This document shows, one piece after another, positions 11,401 to 23,400 of a DNA stretch of 33,000 bases. A program made the position numbers and the translations under genes. Within the stretch, counting starts at the first letter, position 1, and each line of letters begins with the position of its first letter. Below the pieces are notes generated by a model, which did no database searches, was not told the DNA's origin, and worked only from the letters and a program-made list of their open reading frames with translations. The stretch is from Botryllus schlosseri (taxonomy: Eukaryota), in contig CM119379.1 of NCBI GenBank assembly GCA_051294905.1, positions 20,150,001-20,183,000 on the forward strand, given 5' to 3'.

Positions 11401-14400
11401 CCACGCAAAACCCTCTCGCGGTCCACATTTGGCCCGCGGGTTGGCCACCCCTGATATTGACAGGCCCATTCGATAATTTCAGAGCCAGAGCAGTGGTAAT
11501 AATGCGGCTCCGGAGCTGGAGCCGGAGCTAATGTATGATAGAAGAAAGCTCCGGAGCCGGAGCTGGAGCAGTTTAAATTTACGGCTGCTCCAAAGCCCTG
11601 CTACACAGCGTTCAATAGTTCACGCTCACACATAACAAAAGCGATCGTATTCCGTGAACAACGAGCAAGTACGCTTCGCTTCATGGAGCTTGCACAGATC
11701 ATGATAAAACAGGGCCGGCCAACCCGTGGCCCGCGAGAAGGTTTTGAGTGGCCCGCGAAGTAATTTCCGAAATTTCTAATATCACCAAGATGGGTTGCAC
11801 AGATTGTAAACTTGCAAGGTCAAACAAAAATTTGATTAGTGTCTGGCACTTGAGATGTGTTGACTAAAATATCAGTTCCGGCGCTTTGGCAGATCCATCA
11901 GCCAGTCACATATTGGTAGATATTCGTACACTACAATAAAGCAGAATAATTTGCGATGGGTTTATCAAATGTAAAAATTTTGGACAAGCTTCGCGCAACA
12001 TGTTGTCACTTGATTTCTTGTTTTTGATATTGTTGCCACTTTGTGTGAAAATGAAAGAACGCCTAATGTATCAGATTGAGTATAACTATATATTCGGGAT
12101 TACGAGACAAAGTGTCGTTCAACATATGCGACTTTGCGTTTGCACTCGCAGTAAGACCGTTCACTATGGAACCTAGGCATAAAATAATTGACGCATTTCC
12201 TATATCCAAGTGTTGGAGGTTTTTCTAGGCTACTCCTCGCCACCTCATCCGCGTAAGCGGTGTCTTACAAAAAGCCTGGAAGTGGGCCGTACTGTAAGTC
12301 GGCAGTTACGGAATATAAATAAAGAATATCGATCTGGTGTAAATGACATAGTAGTTGACAAACACCATGAATACCTCAAAACCAACCAACCAATTGACGC
12401 ATGTTGGTCGCATCTTTCGATATCGATATGTCCAGGCGCCGCGTAGCCCAGTCCTCGCAAATTTAGCCCAGCGAAATACAGCAGGCCCGCAATATAGTCA
12501 AGTGACAATATTATTGACCTATAAACTTAAAAAAAAATTCGCGCTTCGCGCGGCTGGTGGCCTGCGCAATAGTTCGTCAACCGAATGTGGCCCTTTGGCT
12601 GAAAAGGTTGGCTAGCCCTGCGATAAAATGTATAAAACACCAAAGTATGGAAGTATAGAATTGTCGTTCCATACCATAGATTAAAATCTTCCATTCCCTA
12701 CCATACTTGCATTGTTCCATATTCCATACCAAAATATCGATCCATACCATACCATACCATACCATGCCCTGGGCTAAAGGCGTCCAAAAGTGTCTGGGAC
12801 TTCGATATTCGACATTCGATATCACGAAACAGAGTTATAAAAAGTGGGTTTAGCAAGACTTTAACTGGAAACTGAGCAGTCAACACAATGACTTGGACTC
12901 GGGCTCGAGTCATAATACCACGACTCGGACTCGACCCTCTGCTCGCTGACTTGGACTCGGACTTGACTCGGTGGTGAAGTGAAAATGACTCGACTTGACT
13001 CGAGTCAAACCTATAAAAGTGAGATTGACTTGTGACTCGGAGGCTTGTGACTTGGTTACAACCCTGACTATGACAGACATTATGTGATATCAAAAATACC
13101 TTTCACGAAATTGATAGAGGTGTTTAATATTTCCTCAACACCATTAACGTTCCAAATCCAATTTCTCTCTCTAGGGTCGACTCTGTTAACAGCTGCTTTA
13201 TCTACGATTGGAATCCAGAATCTGTAAATATATCGCAAAGAAATAGATTGTGTCTATATGAATAGTGATGTATACCGACTCTGCCGAAAAGCGGTAACTT
13301 ACTTCAAAGAATGGTGATATTGGTATCCTGAGCTGATCAACACAATATCGCGAAGGAAATCAGCCGTAACTGTATCCCTTACATCAAACAGTTCCCTAAA
13401 AATTACACAGAGAGTCAACGACAACAAAAAATGAGACAGTAATGGTTCTGCTTGGTGGCCTTGGTAACAGACACAAAGTGACACTCAGATACATCCAATG
13501 GACATATCAAGCATTAATGCATTTAATTATATAGCTGCAATGGAAACATCTTGAAATAAGACACATCTGAAATTTCTGTGACAGATCAATAAGCTATTAC
13601 AAAATAATGATGAAATCCTTCATCTCAAACAAAAGTTGCATGAATTAAAAAATAGATACCCTCCAGATCGGGAACAATATTCATTAGCCATTTCCTGGAC
13701 ACTTCCATATGAACTGTTTTGTTCTTCGGATAAAACTGGTTCGTGTTGTAGATACACGCAATAATCACGATGATGAAACTTGTACGAAATAGGATAATCG
13801 CAACTTCCTGTACATATAAAGGAGTTGAAGTGATTAAATATTTACTTTTATGTGCATAATCCAAAATAAATAACCGAGAAGTTTTGAGCTTACGAGAGTA
13901 TCTTACTTTTCATGCAAATAAACGAATGCTTCGTCGAGCAATTATCCTCAAACCATTGCCAATCTTCTTCGCGATTCATCACAACACAATCGTTACTATT
14001 GTTCGAGGCAAAATTATCGACCACATCACTACTATTCCATCTGTGGATGTCTGCGTGCGCTGATACAAAAGGTTCCCCGCTTGACCAACGAAAAATTCCT
14101 GGACAAGGTTGAACAAATATCGATTTCAATTGAAATGGATCAGTATGTCTGAAGAGCCAAAGAAGTGACAATCAGCTTTGATTCCTGAGCAAAAATGAAT
14201 ATCTAGGTATGTCTTCTCGAGTTTCACTGTCGCGGCAATATTTTATGGTAATCAATGTTAAAATATGGCTTATCATTATCATATTCATCCAGATTGTATA
14301 TACCTTCAGTTTCACGATCACTCAATCCAATCCACCACAATTGAGATCCAATATCATCGGCGGAAATATCAATCTTCGGAAGAGCATAATTGTCTACTTC

Positions 14401-17400
14401 AAGTTTTGTTAACTGAATATTAATATGAGTTGATCGAATGAATGTCAATCGTAAGCACCAGTGTGGTTTACCGGCAACAATACAGCGTCATCCTTAGCAC
14501 ATGTAGCCTCTGCCTCTTCATAAGTTAGCGGCTTCAAATGAAACAGTAATTCCATTTCTTTTCCATTGGAGAAATTCACCAGAATATATTCTAAATTATA
14601 TCATGAAGTTTTCAAAATTTAATACATATTATGTGGTGCATTATCCAGCCCTTACCAGGCCCAAAACAGGCTTCCTCGTATAAGCCATATCCTGGACTAT
14701 CTTTTGCAAAGTTGGCGATTTTATTGACATGTATGGCCGCGGTTCTGGCGGTCGCATTACGAAACCTGGAAATATCCAGCACCGGACCGTGACCATCTTT
14801 GGAACACCCACTCTAGACAAAAAATACTCAGTGGTGAGGATTAATTATTTGAATCTATGTTTGAACCGCAGAATATATCTTGATGTGCCTTGGGCTGAAA
14901 GAATAATAGGCAGAAACTTCTTTTAAAACTCATTAAACTTTTTAATAAATGAACAATAATGTATAGGATATACAGGATACATGTTTGAATTCATGCAAGA
15001 AAACAACATGGAAAATATATTTCAATAGAAAAATTAATCGATAAAATTAATCGGGTACACAGTATCATTAACTTACTTCTAAAAGCAATGATCTCAGGCA
15101 GTCTCCAGTTACTGGTGGATTGTATGTGCAACGCTCTGGCAAAACTGAAAAAGTGATTGAAAGCTAGTTATTAATAGGGATAATAATTGGACACGGGTAA
15201 TAACAATAGGTCAATAATCATATACATTTATCAACTTGACGGCATATATTTTCCTCTTTTGCCTAAACGTGACCAAATCTTTAATGTTAGCATTTTTCCG
15301 TCATTCAAATACAGTCGGAAGAGCTCTCTCTAAAAAGATTTCGCTAACCAGATTCACAAATGAAAGGGTTTTTCTTGACACAGTGCAAGTCATTCCACAT
15401 AGGCGGCGAAATATCAAGATTGATAGCACCGCAATCTTCATCGCACCAAGCATTGTTTGGCTCTGTCGCAAAACCCCCACGTTTATGCCACCTCTCGAAC
15501 GGAAAAGGTCCTGAACAAAATCAATTTAGGTTACGTACATGAAAAAAATCTTAACGCAGCAATAGTTACCAAATTCACACAGCACAGGAAGCTTGGTAGC
15601 GCAATCAATGTCAATCCACTTCATATTTTCAGAAATGGCCCCGCAATGTTGCCGATTACCTGACAAGTCGCCGTTTGGTTCCGTGGCCTTGTCCCAGTTG
15701 GAATATGCTAAAGAGTATCTATAACTGATCGGATAATTCATTTCAACTAGAACATGTCTGCATACGTGCGAAACGCCTTTTATCAGGCACGGGAATGAAT
15801 TTCCTTCTGTACCATGATTCGTGTATGTAAACTTGTTGTCCATCAGCTTGTTTCCAAACAGCCAAGTCAGTCGTGTCTCCTCGCAATGCAAAGAAGAACT
15901 TCCGAAGACTTGATGACAACATCTAAATGCACGAGTTTTAATGAAATGTGCATTTCTACTTACAATATAAACCCCATATAATTTATCATAGTTCATAGAA
16001 AATTGTCTTTTAGCTTTACTGAAATATTTCTTTCTGATCTCCCTCTAGGTTTCAACACTCGATAATGATAATATCTAAAGAATGATAACGCCCGTTATCT
16101 TTCAATGAAAGTGAAATATAATCTTTACAGCAATACCTCATGAAAGATCTTTCATAAAAATGCTTCCAAGATCCTTCGGAGAAACATCAGGGCATATGTA
16201 AATACATTTATACAAGGTATACTTAACAATGGTAGTAGAGTGTTGGCTTAAATGCTGAGCTTGTAATTTCCAATGCATTACGTTCGGTCTTAAATATGCA
16301 TTTATAATTACACAAAATCCAAACTGTACTAAAATTTGTTCTTTTTCATAATAGAATTCACCTGTATTGTTTGTCCAATCGCCAGATTAATTTCAGCGGA
16401 AGTGATATTTGCCAAGGTCCCGCCATACTTGTTGCAAAAGCGTTCAGTCGCCGATGCATTTCCAACCAAATTGGCACCCCAAATCAACCAAATTTGATGG
16501 TCCAGAGTAACGTTGGTAGCATACCAAGGAACTGTCCCAGATTCGATATCGGACAACAAATCTGCAACGCATATAATGATGGAAAGATCCATTATCGTGT
16601 CCTAATGATCATACCTCCAAAATCAGGCTGAGGGTTAGCCATCATGCCGTCGGCATACAACCAATTGCTTTCGCTATCCCGGTCACTTATTCCTATCCAG
16701 ACATCTAAAACAAAGAACTTGATAAATGTATCTGGTACGTTACGGCTGTAAAATCCAACGAACCTTCTTTCAGACTAAAGTTCCCGTTCAGCATCTTTTC
16801 AACTATCCAATCGTGCAAGTCCCGCGTTTTTGGACACGCCAGCTTGCCCCAAATACCTTCATAGTAACATAAGCCCAGGAGTAAGTTATGAAGATTATAT
16901 GCACGATAGAGTGGAGTTTTGCACTTATAATCTTGAATAGCTGTGTGAAACAGCGAAATCAACATTCAGGTATTACATACACTAATTACATAACAGTGAA
17001 AAACTTTACATTGGTGACCCAGTTCTAATTTTTCCACTGTGTTCATAAATATCTCCCGACTGGGACCTTTGTTACTTAATATTCTAACTAAGCACAACGT
17101 GGAGTGCATAGACTTTGACATAAATTTAGGATGAAATCGAAACGACAATACCAAGAAAAACTTCACAGATAGTCGGAATCACCTTCACAGTATTCGAATG
17201 CACCTTCCCAAGGCATCGGGACATCAAAAAAAAGAAAACTCTCGTTATTACGCTTCACCTCCATCGCTGCGTAATGACCTGAATACCAGTGAGAGCGAGA
17301 AAAACACTTGAAACTTGAATTTCCATAGCCACCTTCAAAATTACCTTTAGTCACCGAGCAATTTTCCCCCGAAAATATGTCAGAGCAGACGCATTCTTGA

Positions 17401-20400
17401 TTGGAACAGTTGTAAGTCCCATCGCACTGGGACCTGCATGGCTCCTCTACATGACAAAGTTCTCTATGAATGATGATATCTCAAACACAACCACAAAAGC
17501 CACTTCACCTTCAAGAACAATGTATTGAGCTGGATAGAGGCACGTAACTGAATGATAATTACAATACTGAATGAAGCACGGATAACAATCATAGCCTTGT
17601 GTCGGATGCTTACTGTCCATGCAGATGAAAGGTAATGCGTCGTCACATTCGTCAAGAGACCACATGAAGCTGTTTTCCGAATTAAACGACGCGCAATGCC
17701 GAGACCCGTGACTGTATGTGAACGAGGAGTCCCAGTTGCTGTAGTTACTCAAAACATCATGTGTTTCGACACTCGCCCAGCGAAATATCCCTAGAATAGT
17801 AAGAGATGGATCAGATTTATTCTCGTCTGCATAATTGATGCTTTGATGATGGAGGTGCGATACAACCTTTTAGGCAAGGTTATCTAGTCTGAACCACCTT
17901 GATTTTTCTCCTCCATGCTATCCCTGAATGCTGAGCGCCTAGCGGAATAGCTAGCTATAGAGTCCTTGGTATGACCCGGCTGGGTATTACACCATCTCTA
18001 TTCAGGATGTTCACAATTTAACACGGCAACATCCATTCTAGTACACATAAACTTTTGGTCTGATCGACAGACCGTCTCATCACAGATAGAACAAAATAAC
18101 AATATATCTGTAACTTAAACATTCACTTCAGAAAATGTCTTCCACGAAGCTGACTGAGTCTGCATTAAACCAAGCCCAACACTACAAACTACAGTGAGGT
18201 TCATTTATTCCTCACAACTATGCACTTCGTCTTATACACATATTGTTATCTTTTTTTAAATTTCACTAGCCCTTGTGTGTGACGCTCAACAAATTATTAC
18301 TTTAATATTTTTATGGTAACTAACTGAGACTACACAATCCTACAACAATCCTTGATACAATATTAGTCTGCAGTTACCTTCATCCCAAAAGTCATCAAGA
18401 CCTAGCCACCACTTTGAAGTGTTGAAGTATTCGTTTGCATGACCAAGTTTTTCCTCCAACTTCTGCTGTATGGCGCTACTCTCAATCTAACGATAAGGTA
18501 CCTATGATATCCAGCTGTAATGCCACATATACAATGAAAAGAAATACCGAAAAATGTAGCAACGTATTGCGACTTCGACAATACGTCTTTGCATCTTGAT
18601 ACGATTTTTTCCCGGTGTGAACCAACACCTTCATGCCATTGGATATTTCAACAAATTCTAAAAAAAGAATGATTATTAAAGTCTGGAAGTTTTCATAATT
18701 TAGATGCAAGTAATTACGAGCTTCGTGACATGATTCGGCATCAATTCCCAAATACGGTATTTTGGAGGCGTTACGTATTGCAATGAAATCTTGATATATT
18801 AACCACAAATTTGTCCGGTTGTAATATTCAAATTTAGCGAAAGGAAGACGCCCGTTCACTGGATCGCAGCCGCTCTGCAAGATAACAAATGAGGATGACG
18901 CGATCAGAAAGAACCATAAAATATAAGGATGCCAACCTGGTTGAATAATTCTTCCAAGCATGCAAGGCTGTGTGGAGGGAAGTATGTACATATTTCGGGA
19001 AATTCTGCAAAATACGACCTCAAATTATCAAAACTTGAGCACTTACTAACGCTAGGAACATAATTCATTAATTCTCGCGAGGTTGAATAATAGTAGTACA
19101 AGGCACCCGAAATCAGAATGTCAATAAAGTACACAAAATAATTCTACAAAAAATTAAAGGGCGTTCAGTGTACATGCCTTTAACAATATGCAGCAGCAAA
19201 AGCATTCAATACATCAGAGTTGTGGGTATTCACAGACCAATGAAGTAAATATAATTGTTCTCATACCAAATCCATAGCATTCCATTTGATCAGTAGAGTT
19301 GACCGCCATTATATCCAACACTTTCCTCAAGTCGGACTCATTATAAAGATGCCATTTCCAACTCAACTCCAGCCGCAAAGGATATGCAGTTCCCATTTCG
19401 ACACACCTGGTCTCGTTAACCCACAAATAATGCAAACACTCATCGCGAAGCGTAGGAAGATAAGTACAACCCTTGGGATATGCTGTACGGCAAAGAAAAC
19501 ATTACAATGCCGGCAATGTTACCATAAAAATGGCCACAGACTGACTTCTTCCAAAGCACAACATCTGAGATTGCGGATCAGAGTCTATTTCGGCTTGATC
19601 CCTGATTGATGCCATGTACGAGAGCACTTCTCTGAATATCAAGATTAGAACACGCGTGAAAGTTATCATGCAAATATTGATCATTACAAATAAATGAAAT
19701 CACAATGGCAATGCTAGTAACCGATGATATCATTGCTCTCCCCTTGATCAACTGTGTTTTAATACGTCTGCAAAAACATGCTGTCAAGCCTACCTCTGAT
19801 TGTAAGTACTGTAAAGCAATGTACGGTTAAATTCGGGTAGTTTCTCAGGATAACCAGTTCCAAACGTCACGCAGCGGACTTCCTCGATAAATATTGAGTT
19901 CAGACAAGACAATCTCGGAGGTCCGTAATACGTCAGACAGTTATTGAAATATTCTGTGCAAACATGGGTGAAATCGCAAGTAAAATTCCAATGTCGACGG
20001 TACTATTCTCACCCATGCCAAAACAGGAGAGCTGGTCGAACAAGCTTCCATTGTCGGCATCATGTCGTGACTCATTCATTGCATCGATGATATCCCTAAG
20101 AGGATAATGTAATGAATTAGTTGTATTAGAGGTCTTATCATCTACTGAGTCTTTTGACACGAAAACAGTTTTGTAGTATGCAATATAATATCACTGACCA
20201 TAAATTTGTGACGTTGAGTTCTGCTATTTCCGGTGAAGATAAATTCTTCGGTTCTCCATAACCTTCCGCGACACATTCGACACTGGTGAATATTGTGGAA
20301 TAGCAGCTAACGTCATTTGGCCCGAAAAACTTGGTACAGTTGTCAGGAAAAACTGCCAATGGTAAATATCAGCATCATAATAAGCTTGGCACTGTCCACA

Positions 20401-23400
20401 TAGCAAGCGCTCAAAGACTTGACACATGAATTTAATTTTATTATATAACAAAAGTTGTGATGATAATGTACATTAGATTGTAACGGTTATGAACTCTAAT
20501 TGAAAATTGGTTCAACCATGTAAAAACTACAATGAAACCATTGGCTGCATCTTAAATTTTGGCATGTTACACTGACCATCTCCATAGCAATACACTTGAG
20601 CTTCCTCATCTCCATTGTTAGCAGGTTCCATGTACTTGTCAGTGACTTTACCATACGTTTCTCTAAATCAAGTTGTATGAGACAGATACCATCAATGACA
20701 TAGTCCATGTATCATTCACAACAAAGAGGCAATTTACAACTGGTATCAAAGACCAGATCAAAGACCATAAATCAGGAACACCTAATTCAATCAATGACAT
20801 AATCATTGCAATGCTCACCGCTGATCAAGATCCGAATAAACCAATCGCACTTCTGTGATGTTAACCTTGGTCGGGAATTTGGTTCCCATCAGTATACATC
20901 CAGCCTCCACCCATATCGTACCAATACATACCGGACCATGAGGACCATAATACGTTGTACAGTTTTCATAGTACTCTGAAAACATCGTACAATTCTTACT
21001 TAAAGAATAGTCTTCCATATCAAAAGGTCTATTCAGATTTCGCAATGTTTATCAAATTGCTACCCGTTCACAGCTTACCCATCCCAAAACACACAATTTG
21101 CGAAGAGATGTTTGGTGCATTCGCATTCCATCTTGTGTGATTAAAAGTGGCCTCCACACGACGCAAGTCCATAGAATCGAGCACAGTGTCCTCCGCTGCC
21201 GTTAATTTATCAGGAAACTTTGAGCCTTCCTCGATGCATTCAACATATTCCCATATCGTTATGAGGCATTCGGTAGGATGTGGTCCATAATAATGGGTGC
21301 AGTTTTCAGGAAACACTAAAACAAATGCTCAATAAATACACGGTTCAGTAGATGTCCAAAACGAGTATACCATACCAATTCCAAAACATTGCATTTGCTT
21401 TTCAGCACTTCCGTTGTGAGCAATGTCATTAAATTTCTTGAAATTATATATAATTTGCCTAAAAACAACAAACATAACCTCTCATCAATACATCAATGCG
21501 ATATTGACTAACCTGATATTCAAATGTCCATAATAGTTTGACTCCGTCGAATTCATTTTGGGAGGATGCTTGGTTCCTTGTGGTAAACACCTCACACGTC
21601 CCCAAATTGTGACTAAACAATCGACATTGTTGGGTCCATAATACAGCTTACAATGTTCCGGGTACTCTGTGATAATCTTGAACATTCATGAATGTGCCTC
21701 ACAAAATTACCGAGTTTCCTCACCCATTCCATAGCAGTTAAGCTGATTCGATACATTTCCATCATCGGCAGACAAGGCGATGGCCGCAAATTTATATTCG
21801 ACTTGCCTGTGACAGTTACCAAACATATGACTGAGGATCAAAGTAGTTCAGATGCGAATACATACAGCAAATTGATTGAGTTGGTGTGACTCAATTGTGG
21901 TGCAGTCATATTTGGAGGATGCATGTATCCTTGGTATAAGCAATTCGACTGATACCACATCGTTTGTAAGCAATTCATCAAGTGCGGTCCATGATATGTT
22001 GTGCAGTTCACTAAATGATAAGCAATCCTATTTTAATCTGGTACCAATAGTTATGTAATTGTGCTATGCTGATTTATCATAGTATTCATCAGTAAGCTTC
22101 AACATAGGAGACATAAAATACTAACCCACACCAAGACACTGCATCTGCATACTGGCATCACCATTCGCCGCCATGGTCATAATGTCCGTAAAATTCCCCA
22201 TAACATCTCTGGTAAAAGCTCCATAAATAACCGAGAGAAGGAAAATGATGTTTCAAGTTATACCTTATATTTTTTGAGTCCAAGGAATTGATTTCGGTCG
22301 TCGTGAGAAAGTCTGGATGCTTGGTACCTCTTATTGAGCAATTCGAATTTCCCCAAATAGTGATATAACAATCAATTGAGTTCGGGCCATAATATTTGGT
22401 GCAGTTGTCCGGATACACTGAACATAATAATGTTAAAGGTACTGAGAAATCATTACATTGATTACCACAGTGAAAATAAGAATTCAACTTCGTATGATAA
22501 TGGTAAAACAACTACGCAACTTACAGACACCCTTCGCGATACCATAAAAACCAAACGGATAAACAATGTTACCTAATCCATAGCAATTCAGCTGATTGGA
22601 TGTATTTCCTTGATCCGCGTCATACGCAGTGAAATTGTAAAAGCTTTGAACCTCTCTAAAAATAACATGATTCCATGCAAATTCAAAACAGCCGAGTTAC
22701 ACGCACAAGATCCCCATTACCTGATATTCATAATGTCCAAAATCTCATCTTGCGTTGGAGTTAATTTAACAGGATGCATGTCGCCTTGGTCCAAGCAGGA
22801 AACATTATTCCACATGGAAATCAAGCAGTCAGTGGAATGTGGCCCATAATAATATGTGCAATTGTCCGGATACACTAGAACAGGATACATCGGAATTCAA
22901 CACAAATTTATCATCCACTAAATTGTAGTGCATACCTAAGCCAAAACATTCCAGTTGTTTGGATATATTATTGTTGTCTGCAAGGTACTTGGTCTCATTA
23001 TACAGTGAAATGATCTCTCTACAATTGATAGGAAAGGCTTGTTAACAGCACAAGGTAAAATAGACAGGCATACCTAATGTTGAGAGTATCAAATTCATCC
23101 AGTTCGTCCTTTGATAATTTTAGGGGGTATTTTGTACCGTAAGGTAAACACGTCGCTGATTCCCATATGGTAAGCAAACACCCGATGGGATGTGGTCCAT
23201 AATAATTCGTGCAATTAGCCGGGTAGACTGGAAAATTCATTAAGCGTTATAAGCTAACAAAGGAAAATATTTTCGCGACCTCACCCATCCCGAAGCATTC
23301 TTTTTGGCTTGTAACATTTGCAGAATCTGCTGCCAAAGCGGTTTTCCTGTACCGGGAAGTAACTTCCCTAAAACAGAATTTGATAATGTTCCCCAATCAA

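Larger units (their letters stand above)
9230..12771. mobile_element. 3.5-kb non-autonomous hAT-like composite element
   Basis: Perfect 20-bp TIR CAGGGCATGGTATGGTATGG; perfect 8-bp TSD GGCTAAAG (9222-9229, 12772-12779); CCATAC subterminal repeats at both ends; no transposase ORF seen. Confidence 0.92.

Noticed and set aside
10881-12615. ORFs inside MITEs (10881-11096, 12245-12508, 12355-12615) as transposase remnants
   Set aside because: Short, with no recognisable hAT DDE, BED-finger or dimerisation motifs; their shared peptide reflects shared non-coding family sequence.
12780-12884. Open frames (VLLNPLF..., RHFWTPLA) suggesting the 3.5-kb element split an exon
   Set aside because: 12812-12884 aligns with the transposon at about 6085-6145, and the FWTPLA frame has no phase-compatible upstream donor.
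13625-13864. Hydrophobic ORF segment VAIILFRTSFIIVIIACIY as a transmembrane helix
   Set aside because: Wrong frame; the phase-1 acceptor at 13807 gives a CTLD N-terminus instead.
15344-15346. In-frame TAG after FICESG as the gene end
   Set aside because: A G|GTTAG phase-1 donor at 15349 matches the phase-1 CTLD4 exon at 14590; could at most be a minor truncated isoform.
16622-16630. QPD tripeptide as a galactose-specificity motif
   Set aside because: It lies just after the WxxxDG strand, well upstream of the canonical EPN/QPD position, which is occupied by EPN in the C-half exon.
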